Assembly: GCA_951406725.2 (NCBI GenBank)
Contig: OX597839.1
Coordinates: forward strand, 20,522,001-20,586,000
Reading direction: 5' to 3'
Length of the DNA stretch: 64,000 nt
Origin: Octopus vulgaris
Taxonomy: Eukaryota
Of this stretch, positions 24,790-40,496 are shown one piece after another; within the stretch, counting starts at the first letter, position 1; the number at the start of each line of letters is the position of its first letter. The notes below the pieces were generated by a model. It ran no database searches, was not told where the DNA came from, and saw nothing but the letters and a program-made list of their open reading frames with translations. Made by a program: the position numbers and the translations under genes.

Positions 24790-24827
<38 letters not shown>

Positions 24828-25905
24828 CTGCTCCGTGTTTATAAAGGCGAAAGACCACACTACAGAGCAGGGTAGGTCTTTTGATAAGATGCCATACATC
24901 ATTTAACGAGGGGCTAATTTGTCTTGGATAGCCAATAGATTATTGGTAGCAGCAGCACCAATTCCACAGGAAATTGGACGATGTCCAGGCCGCTTAAACT
25001 AATTTGTCGTGTTATTTACTATCTCTCTCTCCAATCAAATTCTTCAAGTTTACCAAGTACCATCATGTTGGTGGTTTGCCGTGATGTGTATCGGTTGTAG
25101 TAGAAACGGTGGTGGTGGTGGTAGGGAGGGAGTGGTTTGTCTTCCTTATGTGTGTGGTAGTAGGGAGGAGTATATGTATGTGTGCGTGTGTGTATTTGTG
25201 TGTGATTGTGAAAGAATGATGGAGAGATGGACAGACTGTGTTTCTTTGTGTGTGCATGTGTGTGTTTGCACGTCAGAGAAAGAGAGAGAGAGAATGAGAG
25301 TGTGAGTGTATGTTGAATAGTATATGTCCCTTGAGTGTGTTTGTGTGCGTTACAGAGTGCGAGTGTGTATGTGTGAGAGAGTGTGTGTGTGTTAGTGTGT
25401 GTATGTGAGAGCGTATGCGTGCGTGTGTATATGAGTGCATGAGAGAGAGTGTGTGTGTGAGAGTGTATGTGAGTGTGTGAGTGTGTGTGTGAGAGAGAGT
25501 GTGTGAGAGTGTATGAGTGTGTATGTGTGAGAGTGTGTGTGTATGAGTGTATGAGAGAGAGTGCGAGTGTGTGTGAGAGAGTGTATGTGAGTGTGTGTAT
25601 ATGAGAGTGTGTATATGAGAGAGAGAGAGAGAGAGTGTGTGTGTATGTGTGTGCGTGTTTTTGTGTGTGTGTGAGAGAGAGAGAGAGAAAGAATGAGAGT
25701 GAGTGTATTTCGAATAGTGTGTGTGTTTGTGTGCAAGAGAGAAAGAGTGTGTAAGTGTATGAGAGTGGAATATACTTGGAACGTATGTGTATGTGTTCGT
25801 GGATGTGTGCCTCTGTAGAAAGAAGAGAGAGAGAGCAAGAGTGTGTGTGTGTGTGTGTGTATGCGATAAGCAGAGAGAGACAGTGTATCATACATGCCGA
25901 ATATG

Positions 25906-25946
<41 letters not shown>

Positions 25947-26037
25947 TCCCTGTGGGATTTAGTTTGTGTTTGTGAGTGTGTATGTATGTGCATGTGTATG
26001 AACGAAGCTGCTCCAGATATATAAATTAACGTTTCGA

Positions 26038-26069
<32 letters not shown>

Positions 26070-26204
26070 ATGCATGTATGTAATTTTACACATGCATGTA
26101 TCTATATGTATGTGAATGTGTGTGTGCGCGGCCGCGAGTGTATTTGCATATTTTTATACTTGTGTGTATTTGCCTCACACAGACATACACACACTCATGA
26201 GAAC

Positions 26205-26235
<31 letters not shown>

Positions 26236-26780
26236 GGTGGTGGTGGTGGTGGTGGTGGTGTGTGTGTGTGTGTGTGTGTGGCAATTAAGAAACCTTATTA
26301 ATTTCTGATCGGTTCATTTTCATTAAATCGACTTTTAGCAAAGATCTAAAATGAAGGATACAGATGAGCTGCACTCTCCAGATTGCAATTTGTCATGGCG
26401 TTAACCCCTAGATGTCGCTGCTCTGCTTGTTGTTTTGATGGCGGCGTTGGTACTGGTGTTGATGGATGTAAAAGGTGAAAGTTGTCGGTGGTGGGTAGGT
26501 GTAGTGGTTGTGCCGTTTACTGGCTGGCGATGGTTGTAATGATGTTGATGATGGTGGTTGTGTTGTTAATGCGGATGGATATATATAATGGCGGTAGTTG
26601 TCCATGGATGGATGGAGGCGAATGGGTGCAGTGCTTGTAATGTTGTTGGTGGTGTTGTTGGTGGTGGTAGTGATGATGGTAGTGATGGTGGTTTTTGTTG
26701 TTGTTGTTGGTGGTGGTGGTGGTATGCTGATAGTATTGTTGTCGTTATTGGTAATGGTGATGGTAGTGATGGTGGTAGTG

Positions 26781-26812
<32 letters not shown>

Positions 26813-27138
26813 GGTTTTGTTATTTGTGTTGTTATTATCGTTGTTGTGGTCCTCACATCAATTTGGTAGTAACGGCTAACAAATAGCTGGTGGTCGGTAC
26901 TGCTTAATTGATGGCGGATCTGGTATTGGTGGTGGTGGTGGTGGTAGCAGTAGTAGTAGCAGTAGAACTTCTTTACGTTCTTAGTTCAAATCCCGCCGAT
27001 GTCGACTTTGCCTTTCATCCTTTCAGGGGTCGACTAAATAAGGGGATCGATGTAATCAACGTGATCCTCTTCCCCTGAGCTGCTCTTGGGGCAAAAATTT
27101 GAAATCCTTATTATCATTATTATTATTATTATTATTAT

Positions 27139-27179
<41 letters not shown>

Positions 27180-27288
27180 ACACAGGGTGATATTGGTAGT
27201 TCAGATAGTGATTGTTGTCGTTTCGCCGTGTGTCATTTCTGAGATGGCCATATGCTCGTAGTCATTCTAAATGTGATATCCACGAAAC

Positions 27289-27739
27289 GGTGGTAACGGT
27301 GATGCCGAGTGAGTGGGATAACGGCAGCAAGGCGAACATGTGTGGTGGTATTTATAGAGATGATGGGTATGCTAGATGCTAGTTACTGGTTGGTGGTATT
27401 ATGATGTGCTTGTAAGTGATGTTTATTATAAATTAGGTTCTTTTTTTTTTAACGAAGTCAGTCGTATGTCTAATGAAATATAACTCCACATGTTGGACAG
27501 TTGTTGTTTCCGTAGTGGTGGTGGTGGTAATGGCGATGCGGAATTGGGATAATGGTAGTGAAGCTAACAGGTGTGGCGGTATTTATGGTGATGAGGGGTG
27601 TGCTAGATTCTAGCTAATGTTTTTCTTTGTGGCGGGGAGGTATTTCGATGTATTTGTAAGTAATGCTTATTATAAATTAGGTTTTCTTAAAAAGAAGTCA
27701 GTCATGTATTTGGTGAAATATATCTTCACATGCTGGACA
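27289..27739. repeat. old tandem duplication, about 210-235 bp x2
   Basis: GGTGGTAA..TGGGATAA..TGCTAGAT..TTATTATAAATTAGGTT..GAAGTCAGTC..CACATG.TGGACA occurs twice. Confidence 0.8.
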
Positions 27740-28018
27740 TTCTTCAGAATCATGACATCCCATGTTTTCCTAGGTTTTCTTTCTGTTGTTGTTTTGTTAT
27801 GTCGTCACATCTTATTACATTTTACTTTCACATAGCTACAACATCCCATATACAAGTGTAACATAAGAATCCCTACCAAATTTCAAGCATGCACGTACAC
27901 AAACGCGCACACACTCATTCATATACACAAACCATTCAGTTTTAATAGAGTAGTGAGTCTAACAAAAGGTGTTTGATTTCGTTCGAGAATACGTCATGTA
28001 TATATATATATGTGTGTG

Positions 28019-28097
<79 letters not shown>

Positions 28098-28278
28098 ATA
28101 TATATGTGTGTGTGTATGTATATATATGTGTGTGTGTGTGTGTATGTATATATATATGTGTGTGTGTGTATGTATATATATGTGTGTGTGTGTGTGTGTG
28201 TATATATATGTGTGTGTGTGTATGTATATATATGTGTGTGTGTGTATGTGTATATATATGTGTGTGTGTGTATGTATG

Positions 28279-28313
<35 letters not shown>

Positions 28314-28502
28314 ATTTTTGTCTGTGTTTGTTCCTCCACCATCACTTGACAACCGATGTTGGTGTGTTTACGTCCCCGTAATTTAGCGGTTCGCCAGAAG
28401 AGACCGATAGAATAAGTACTAGGCTTACAAAGAATAAGTCCTGGTGTCGATTTCTTCGACTAAACAGTCCGGATACTTATTGATCAGACCACACATTTTC
28501 TG

Positions 28503-28808
28503 TATCACCGTGACCGACCAGGCTATCAGATGTTGCTGCACATCGCTGGTCACAATGCGCTTTGCATTGTTTTAGCCTTCAAATGACGCCACCCCGCTGG
28601 GTAAGCGAGCAGGCCAACAGAAGAAAGAGTGAGAGAAAGTTGTGGCGAAAGAATACAACAGGGGTCGCTGCCACCATCCCCTGCCGGAGCCTCGTGGAGC
28701 TTTAGGTGTTTTCGCTCAATAAACACCCACAAGGCCCGGTCTGGGAATCGAAACCGTGGTCCTAGGACCGCGTGTCCGCTGTCCTAACCACTGGGCCATT
28801 GCGCCTCC
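28503..28808 (-). mobile_element. SINE family B, tail type 3 (duplicate at 34717-35008)
   Basis: Reverse complement of 20577-20886. Confidence 0.85.
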
Positions 28809-28814
28809 ACACAT

Positions 28815-28859
<45 letters not shown>

Positions 28860-29630
28860 CATTCTCATACATTGGCAATGTATTGACAATCGCCTCCGTT
28901 TTTTGTGTGCATTCAGAAATTCACACAAACATTCAAATGTAAAGATTCTAATCATATGAGAATGATGGAGACTGAATGAGGGAGGGAAAGAGAGGAGTGT
29001 GGGTATTACAGATACACACACACATACTCACGCACGCACGCGCGCTCATAGCTTTTTTTTTTTTTTGAAATGGCAAAAATATAAAGCATGAAACATATTT
29101 GTCATACATACGAACGATGATAAAGGAGTGACATCACCCACACTCCACTTCACCTCTCTACTTTTGCTCACCCTCTCCTTCTCTCCTCTCTATTTCTCCC
29201 CTTTCTCTCCCTCCCCCCAACCCACCTCCCCCTCTCTACTATCTTCCAGCGTAGCATCTCTCTAGGGATATAATATACTCCGCATTCCGACTATCTGGGC
29301 GTTATGGTTGATAAAGAGTGAAAAGCAGATTTGCAAACATTAAAAGCGTTAAAGAATTACACTTATATGTCTAATGATGAGATGCCCATCAGATTAATTG
29401 CTAAATGATATGTAAAGTTTATAAAAGGCATCAGCATTCCACAAGCTTTGTTTCTCTAAAGAATCATGACTTTTTTCAGAACTTTGATGCTAAAGTCTCT
29501 TGAGACCTCTTTTGGTTCGTTCTATGATGGAAAACATGTTATAAGGTATTTTTTATTTACATTGAAATTAAGGCAATGAGCTGGCAGAATTATTATAAAT
29601 TATCATAAATTATTATAAATTATATAAATT

Positions 29631-30260
29631 TCTATCTATATATATATAAAGCTGAAGTTGTCTGTGTGTGTGTGGTAGGTTTGGTAGCCTTCAACTTACA
29701 CTATCTCTTCCAAGACCCTACGGCGCAAGTTGACCAAAATTGAGAGTATGATTGAAGAAGGCTTACCCTTCCTTCTGTAGAAGAAAAAATTCAAATCGGA
29801 CCATGTTAACACCAAAAATTATTTACATCAAAAAGGTGCTTTTTTTTCTCTGAAAATCCTTCTCTCTATATATATAAAGCTGACGTTGTCTGTGTGTGTG
29901 TGGCAGGTTTGGTAGCCTTCAACTTACACTATTTCCTCCGAGACCCTGCGGCGCCAGTTGACCAAAATTGAGAGTATGATAGAAGAAGGCTTGCTCTTCC
30001 TTCCGTAGAAGAAAAAAATTCAAATCGGACCATGTTAACACCAAAAATTATTTACATCAAAAAGGTGCTATTTTTCTATGAAAAACCCTATTTTTAACGA
30101 TTTTTTTGACTGCTGTGTCGCCATTTTTCGGTGTATTTCAACCAGAAGAATGTTCATTTAAAGAGAATAACAAGCTACATAATGCAAAATTTTTACATTT
30201 CAAAAATTCCAATTCTAAAGGGTCGAAACAAACCCGAGCAACGCCGGGCGATACTGCTCG
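29631..30260 (+). mobile_element. non-autonomous Helitron, second subfamily, doubled 5' segment (duplicate at 35828-36454)
   Basis: TCT..TATATATAAAGCTGA starts at 29631 and 29861. The 3' end AACCCGAGCAACGCCGGGCGATACTGCT(A/C)G is shared with 15341-15727. Confidence 0.85.
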
Positions 30261-30542
30261 TTATTATAAATTATTATAAACATTAAAAGCGTTAAGGCAA
30301 TGAGCTGGCAGAATTATTAGGAACGTCCGATAAAATGCTCTCCTCTTGATTTTACCATTCGAATTCAAATCTCGAGGCTAGTTTTGGCTTTCGTCTCTTT
30401 GGGATCAAAACACTAGTCGGACTCTTGGACCAGTGGTTTCGGATTATTCCTTACCCCTCAGAATTGCTAGTCCTGTTGCTAGAGCGGAAACAATATTTAT
30501 ATTAAAATTCTTAAGTCCATCGTGGTTTTTATTTCAGAACTT

Positions 30543-30738
30543 ACTCTTTTACTTCTTTCAGTTATTTGACTGCGGCCATGCTGGGGCACCGCCTTTAAGT
30601 CGAGCAAATCGATACCAGGACTTATTCTTTGGAAGCCTAGTACTTATTCTATCGGCCCCTTTTGCCGATCCACTAAGTTACGGGGATGTAAACACACCAG
30701 CATCAGTTGTCTAGCGATGTTGGGGGGACACAAACACA

Positions 30739-30791
<53 letters not shown>

Positions 30792-30960
30792 GCACACACA
30801 TATATACGTCGGGCTTCTTTCAGTGTCCGTCTACCAAATGACTGAAACAAGGCTTTGGTCGGCCCGAGGCTATAGTAGAAGACACTTGCCCAAGCTGCCA
30901 CGCAGTGGGACTGAACCCGGAACCATGTGGTTGGTAAGCAAGTTACTTACCTCACAACCA
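30543..30960 (-). mobile_element. SINE family A (duplicate at 36737-37178)
   Basis: Aligns to the other A copies. Confidence 0.88.
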
Positions 30961-31342
30961 CGGATTTTTGAAAAGGTGATGTATGATAACCCACTTATAG
31001 CATTATCCGCTGTGCTGGGAGTTGAAATCTGTACATATATACAAAAAGGTTCCATATTATATTGACAAGCGCTCTTCCTGAACCAATGCATATCGAACCA
31101 GGAAACCACAGATTTCTAGGCAACCGTCTTAACCACGCAGCCATATTTGAATTCAGTGAAAGAAACATGCCTCAGTAACACTCTCTTGTATTTCATTCAA
31201 TATTCTTTAACCTTCTTTCACTTCGCTTGTTGTGGATTCGTTCCGACGTGATACAGGCGAAGATGTAAATCAAAACAAAACAAAAGGGAGGTTGACGGCC
31301 TTGAGGAAATGTGATTCATTCGTCACCATTATCATCAGTTCC

Positions 31343-31426
<84 letters not shown>

Positions 31427-31810
31427 GTTATTGCTGTGGTTTCTGCCACATGTGGGATTAATCGTAGTTCTCATGTCAATGTAGGTCACACCAGTCTCAA
31501 TTCCATAGTCTGATGCTGACCTGGAAATTTGAAGAACTGTTACATATATGCACACATACATACATACATACATACATACATACATACATACATACATACA
31601 TACATACATACATACATACATGCGTACGTGCATATGTGCGCACTTTCATAGGTGCGTATGTTTCTATATGTATATAAATGTATGTTAGTATGTTATACAC
31701 ATGCACACTTTTATGTGCGTGTGTGAGTGTTTGAATACATAGGAGGAGGAGGAGGAGGAGGAGAGAGAGAGAGGCAATGAGACATAAAGAGGGAATCTTA
31801 TAGCTTATAA

Positions 31811-31842
<32 letters not shown>

Positions 31843-32137
31843 ATGGCTTTATATATTTGGTTACACACATATATATATATAAACTTAGATATTTACATAC
31901 ATATATATATACACGAATATATGTGTGTGTATATATATATATATATACATACATATATACACACGAATATATATGTATATATACACCCGAATATATATGT
32001 ATATATATATATATACACACGAATATATATGTATATATAGATACACGAATATATATATATATACATGAATATATGTATATATATATACACATGAATATAT
32101 ATATATAAAAAAAAAAAATATATAACATACACATGAA

Positions 32138-32182
<45 letters not shown>

Positions 32183-32278
32183 GAATATATGTATATATAT
32201 ATACACATGTATATATATATATATGAATATATATATATATATATATACATGAATATATGTATATATATATACACATGA

Positions 32279-32317
<39 letters not shown>

Positions 32318-33149
32318 CACATGAATATATGTATATATATATATACACATGAATATATGTATATATATATATACACATGAATATATGTATATATATATAT
32401 ATACATGAATATATGTATATATATATATACATGAATATATGTATATATATATATATACATATATGTATATATATATATATATACATGAATATATATATAT
32501 ACACGCATGTATATATGCATGCATGTTTGCAAATATCTGCTGTGTGTCTGTATTGTGTTATGTAACTCCATACAAGAGATGGGTGTGGTGCAATCTCATA
32601 TGAAGGTCAACGTGCATAAGTAGGGTTTTTGTTGTGTTTATCTTTCTTTCATTTCTTTCTTTTTTTCCTCATTTATAGTTATGTTCTTCCTAATTTCCCA
32701 TCACCACCACCAACACCACCACCGCCATCACAGCCTCAACGACGTAGTTCCCTATTTATTTATTTGTTTGTTTGTTTGTTTTGTTCATTAAATTTTTGTT
32801 GTTGCTTTCGTAATATCGGTGAGGTTCTAATGAAACCGAAAGTGAAGTTGTTGATGGTTAATGATGGTGATTATGATGATGATGATGTGTTAATCGTTGT
32901 TGTTGATGTTGTGGTGGTAGTGGTGGTGGTGGTGGTGGTGGTGATTAGAATATTGTGGAATATTTGTTTCCTCTCTCAATCTGCCATAAAGTAACACGTT
33001 TCCTTTTATATTATGTATCTGAGTATAACAAGAAGGAGAAAGAATGATGATGGAGTGATAAGAGAGGGATAGGTAAATAGATTGCGAGAGAGAGAGAGGG
33101 GGATGGAGTGATAAGGAGAAAGAGAAAGCGGATAGCTAGCTACATAGAC

Positions 33150-33588
33150 AGTTAGATAGATAGATAGATAAATAGATAGATAGATAGATAGATAGATAGA
33201 CAGACATGATAGATAGATAGAGATGGATGGGTGGATGGATGGATAGAGAGACAGATATAGATAGATATATAGATATATAGATAGACAGATATAGGGAAAT
33301 AAATAGACAGATATAGGGAGATAGATATAGGGAGATAGATAGATAGGGAGATAGATAGATAGATAGATAGAGGGAGATAGATAGATAGATAGATATAAAG
33401 ATAGAGATAGGGAGATAAATAGATATAGGGAGATAAATAGATATAGGGAGATAAATAGATAGATATAGGGAGATAAATAGATAGATATAGGGAGATAGAT
33501 AAATATAGGGAGATAGATAGATAGATATAGGGAGATAGATAGATATAGGGAGATAGATAGATAGATAGATATATAGATAGATATAGGG

Positions 33589-33658
<70 letters not shown>

Positions 33659-33850
33659 GGAGATAAATAGATATAGGGAGATAAATAGATAGATATAGGG
33701 AGATAAATAGATAGATATAGGGAGATAAATAGATAGATATAGGGAGATAGATAGATATAGGGAGATAGATGGATAAACAGATGTAGGGAGATAGATAGAT
33801 AGATAGATAGATAGATGGGATGGAGAAACAGAAAGAGAGAGAGAGAGAGA
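33150..33850. repeat. (GATA)n / AGATATAGGG purine-rich minisatellite (duplicate at about 39255-39960)
   Basis: Directly visible; source of the IYLS pseudo-ORFs. Confidence 0.9.
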
Positions 33851-34236
33851 GAGCCAGACGGACGGAGAGACACAGCAACAAGTACAACAGTTACTGCACA
33901 CCCATCCCCCACACACTGACAGACATACGCACATCTCACCCTACCAACATAATTAAACATCCAAATTACATGTAATATCTAAGAACTNNNNNNNNNNNNN
34001 NNNNNNNNNNNNNNNNNNNNNNNNNNNNNNNNNNNNNNNNNNNNNNNNNNNNNNNNNNNNNNNNNNNNNNNNNNNNNNNNNNNNNNNTCCCTACCAAATT
34101 TCAAGCATGCACGTACACAAACGCGCACACACTCATTCATATACACAAACCATTCAGTTTTAATAGAGTAGTGAGTCTAACAAAAGGTGTTTGATTTCGT
34201 TCGAGAATACGTCATGTATATATATATATGTGTGTG

Positions 34237-34357
<121 letters not shown>

Positions 34358-34394
34358 GTGTGTGTGTATGTATATATATGTGTGTGTGTGTGTA

Positions 34395-34467
<73 letters not shown>

Positions 34468-34492
34468 ATATATGTGTGTGTGTGTATGTATG

Positions 34493-34524
<32 letters not shown>

Positions 34525-36931
34525 AGTATTTTTGTCTGTGTTTGTTCCTCCACCATCACTTGACAACCGATGTTGGTATGTTTACGTCCCCGTAATTTAG
34601 CGGTTCGCCAGAAGAGACCGATAGAATAAGTACTAGGCTTACAAAGAATAAGTCCTGGTGTCGATTTCTTCGACTAAACAGTCCGGATACTTATTGATCA
34701 GACCACACATTTTCTGTATCACCATGACCGAGCAGGCTATCAGATGTTGCTACACATCACTGGTCACAATGCGCTTCGCATTGTTTTAGCCTTCAAATGA
34801 CGCCACCCCGCTGGGTAAGCGAGCAGGCCAACTGGAGAAAGTTGTGGTGAAAGAGTACAACAGGGATCGCTGCCACCCCCTGCCGGGGCCTCGTGGAGCT
34901 TTTAGGTGTTTTCGCTCAATAAACACCCACAAGGCCCGGTCTGGGAATCGAAACCGTGGTCCTAGGACCGCGTGTCCGCTGTCCTAACCACTGGGCCATT
35001 GCACCTCCACACATTATATATATATAGATGTGTGTGTGTGTGTGTGTGTGTTTCATTCTCATACATTGGCAACGTATTGACAATCGCCTCCGTTTTTTGT
35101 GTGCATTCAGAAATTCACACAAACATTCAAATGTAAAGATTCTAATCATATGAGAATGATGGAGACTGAATGAGGGAGAGAAAGAGAGGAGTGTGGGTAT
35201 TACAGATGTATACACACACACACACACACACATACTCACACATGCACGCGCGCTCATAGCTTTTTTTTTTTTTGAAATGGCAAAAATATAAAGCATGAAA
35301 CATATTTGTCATACATACGAACGATGATAAAGGAGTGACATCACCCACACTCCACTTCACCTCTCTACTTTTGCTCACCCTCTCCTTCTCTCCTCTCTAT
35401 TTCTCCCCTTTCTCTCCCTCCCCCCAACCCACCTCCCCCTCTCTACTATCTTCCAGCGTAGCATCTCTCTAGGGATATAATATACTCCGCATTCCGACTA
35501 TCTGGGCGTTATGGTTGATAAAGAGTGAAAAGCAGATTTGCAAACATTAAAAGCGTTAAAGAATTACACTTATATGTATAATGATGAGATGCCCATCAGA
35601 TTAATTGCTAAATGATATGTAAAGTTTATAAAAGGCATCAGCATTCCACAAGCTTTGTTTCTCTAAAGAATCATGACTTTTTTCAGAACTTTGATGCTAA
35701 AGTCTCTTGAGACCTCTTTTGGTTCGTTCTATGATGGAAAACATGTTATAAGGTATTTTTTATTTACATTGAAATTAAGGCAATGAGCTGGCAGAATTAT
35801 CATAAATTATTATAAATTATATAAACTTCTATCTATATATATATATAAAGCTGAAGTTGTCTGTATGTGTGTGGCAAGTTTGGTAGCCTTCAACTTAAAC
35901 TATCTCCTCCAAGACCCTACGGCGCAAGTTGACCAAAATTGAGAGTATGATAGAAGAAGGCTTACCCTTCCTTCTGTAGAAGAAAAAATTCAAATCGGAC
36001 CATGTTAAGACCAAAAATTATTTACATCAAAAAGGTGCTTTTTTTCTATGAAAATCCTTCTCTCTATATATAAAGCTGACGTTGTCTGTGTGTATGGCAG
36101 GTTTGGTAGCCTTCAACTAACACTATCTCCTTCGAGACCCTGCGGCGCCAGTTGACCAAAATTGAGAGTATAATAGAAGAAGGCTTGCTCTTCCTTCCGT
36201 AGAAGTAAAAAATTCAAATCGGACCATGTTAACACCAAAAATTATTTACATCAAAAAGGTGCTTTTTTTCTATGAAAATCCCTATTTTTAACGATTTTTT
36301 TCACTGCTGTGTCGCCATTTTTCGGTGTATTTCAACCAGAAAAATGTTCACTTAAAGAGAATAACAAGCTACATAATGCAAAATTTTTACATTTCAAAAA
36401 TTCCAATTCTAAAGGGTCGAAACAAACCCGAGTAACGCCGGGCGATACTGCTAGTTATTATAAATTATTATAAACATTAAAAGCGTTAAGGCAATGAGCT
36501 GGCAGAATTATTAGGAACGTCCGATAAAATGCTCTCCTTCTTGATTTTACCATTCGAATTCAAATCTCGAGGCTAGTTTTGGCTTTCGTCTCTTTGGGAT
36601 CAAAACACTAGTCGGACTCTTGGACCAGTGGTTTCGGATTATTCCTTACCCCTCAGAATTGCTAGTCCTGTTGCTAGAGCGGAAACAATATTTATATTAA
36701 AATTCTTAAGTCCATCGTGGTTTTATTTCAGAACTTACTCTTTTACTTCTTTCAGTTATTTGACTGCGGCCATGCTGGGGCACCGCCTTTAAGTCGAGCA
36801 AATCGATACCAGGACTTATTCTTTGGAAGCCTAGTACTTATTCTATCGGCCCCTTTTGCCGATCCACTAAGTTACGGGGTTGTAAACACACCAGCATCAG
36901 TTGTCTAGCGATGTTGGGGGGACACAAATAT

Positions 36932-37016
<85 letters not shown>

Positions 37017-37560
37017 CATATATACGTCGGGCTTCTTTCAGTGTCCGTCTACCAAATGACTGAAACAAGGCTTTGGTCGGCCCGAGGCTATAGTAGAAGA
37101 CACTTGCCCAAGCTGCCACGCAGTGGGACTGAACCCGGAACCATGTGGTTGGTAAGCAAGCTACTTACCTCACAACCACGGATTTTTGAAAAGGTGATGT
37201 ATGATAACCCACTTATAGCATTATCCGCTGTGCTGGGAGTTGAAATCTGTACATATATACAAGAAGGTTCCATATTATATTGACAAGCGCTCTTCCTGAA
37301 CCAATGCATATCGAACCAGGAAACCACAGATTTCTAGGCAACCGTCTTAACCACGCAGCCATATTTGAATTCAGTGAAAGAAACATGCCTCAGAAACACT
37401 CTCTTGTATTTCATTCAATATTCTTTAACCTTCTTTCACTTCGCTTGTTGTGGATTCGTTCCGACGTGATACAGGCGAAGATGTAAATCAAAACAAAACA
37501 AAAGGGAGGTTGACGGCCTTGAGGAAATGTGATTCATTCGTCACCATTATCATCAGTTCC

Positions 37561-37626
<66 letters not shown>

Positions 37627-38159
37627 GCTGTGGTTTCTGCCACATGTGGGATTAATCGTAGTTCTCATGTCAATGTAGGTCACACCAGTCTCAATTCCAT
37701 AGTCTGATGCTGACCTGGAAATTTGAAGAACTGTTACATATATGCACACATACATACATACGTACATACATACATAGATACATACATACGTACATACATA
37801 CATACATACATACATACATACATACATACATACATACATACATACATACATACATACATACATGCGTACGTGCATATGTGCGCACTTTCATAGGTGCGTA
37901 TGTTTCTATATGTATATAAATGTATGTTAGTATGTTATACACATGCACACTTTTATGTGCGTGTGTGAGTGTTTGAATACATAGGAGGAGGAGGAGGAGG
38001 AGGAGAGAGAGAGAGGCAATGAGACATAAAGAGGGAATCTTATAGGTTATAAATATGTATGTGTGTATGTGTATGTGTGTGTGTATGGTTTTATATATTT
38101 GGTTACACACACATATATATATAAACTTAGATATTTACATACATATATATATACACGAA

Positions 38160-38193
<34 letters not shown>

Positions 38194-38379
38194 CATACAT
38201 ATATACACACGAATATATATACATACATATATACACACGAATATATATGTATACATATATACACACGAATATATATGTATATATAGATACACGAATATAT
38301 ATATATATATGAATATATGTATATATATATATATACACATGAATATATATGAATATATGTATATATATATATATACACA

Positions 38380-38476
<97 letters not shown>

Positions 38477-38505
38477 GAATATATGTATATATATATATAC
38501 ACACA

Positions 38506-38552
<47 letters not shown>

Positions 38553-39256
38553 GAATATATGTATATATATATATACATGAATATATGTATATATATATAT
38601 ATACACATGAATATATATATATATATATATGCATGCATGTTTGCAAATATCTGCTGTGTGTCTGTATTGTGTTATGTAACTCCATACAAGAGATGGGTGT
38701 GGTGCAATCTCATATGAAGGTCAACGTGCATAAGTAGGGTTTTTGTTGTGTTTATCTTTCTTTCATTTCTTTCTTTCTTTCCTCATTTATAGTTATGTTC
38801 TTCCTAATTTCCCATCACCACCACCAACACCACCACCGCCATCACAGCCTCAACGACGTAGTTCCCTATTTATTTATTTGTTTGTTTGTTTGTTTTGTTC
38901 ATTAAATTTTTGTTGTTGCTTTCGTATATCGGTGAGGTTCTAATGAAACCGAAAGTGAAGTTGTTGATGGTTAATGATGGTGATTATGATGATGATGATG
39001 TGTTAATCGTTGTTGTTGATGTTGTGGTGGTAGTGGTGGTGGTGGTGATTAGAATATTGTGGAATATTTGTTTCCTCTCTCAATCTGCCATAAAGTAACA
39101 CGTTTCCTTTTATATTATGTATCTGAGTATAACAAGAAGGAGAAAGAATGATGATGGAGTGATAAGAGAGGGATAGGTAAATAGATTGCGAGAGAGAGAG
39201 AGGGGGATGGAGTGATAAGGAGAAAGAGAAAGCGGATAGCTAGCTACATAGACAGT

Positions 39257-39288
<32 letters not shown>

Positions 39289-40428
39289 AGATAGATAGAT
39301 AGACAGACATGATAGATAGATAGAGATGGATGGGTGGATGGATGGATAGAGAGACAGATATAGATAGATATATAGATATATAGATAGACAGATATAGGGA
39401 AATAAATAGACAGATATAGGGAGATAGATATAGGGAGATAGATAGATATAGGGAGATAGATAGATAGATAGATAGATAGATATAGGGAGATAGATAGATA
39501 GATAGATAGATATAGGGAGATAAATAGATATAGGGAGATAAATAGATAGATATAGGGAGATAAATAGATAGATATAGGGAGATAAATAGATAGATATAGG
39601 GAGATAGATAAATATAGGGAGATAGATAGATAGATATAGGGAGATAGATAGATATAGATAGATAGATAGATAGATATATAGATAGATATAGGGGATAGAT
39701 AGATAGATAGATAGATATAGGGAGATAGATAGATAGATAGATAGATATAGGGAGATAGATAGATAGATAGATATAGGGAGATAAATAGATATAGGGAGAT
39801 AAATAGATAGATATAGGGAGATAAATAGATAGATATAGGGAGATAAATAGATAGATATAGGGAGATAGATAGATATAGGGAGATGGATGGATAAACAGAT
39901 GTAGGGAGATAGATAGATAGATAGATAGATGGGATGGAGAAACAGAAAGAGAGAGAGAGAGAGCCAGACGGACGGAGAGACACAGCAACAAGTACAACAG
40001 TTACTGCACACCCATCCCCCACACACTGACAGACATACGCACATCTCACCCTACCAACATAATTAAACATCCAAATTACATGTAATATCTAAGAACTGCA
40101 CTGGTTTTAGTGACGACAATGATGATGCTGATGATGAGCGTTTTGGCAAGCAGATTGTACAATCTGCTGTTGCACTGGCTGTGTTTATTTCTTCAATGAA
40201 CTATTTTCCTCTAACGACTGGAAGTACATTTAATGACGTTTATATACACACACTCATTCACTCACTAACTCACATTCTCTGTATCATTCTCTGAATCTGT
40301 TTTTCTCTCTCTCTTTCTCTCTGGCACACACACAACGAATCACATATTTGTAGGTGTATATTTGTGCGTATGCATTTCTTATAACTGACAAACGTATACA
40401 AACATGTTCATTACAAACACACACACAC

Positions 40429-40496
<68 letters not shown>

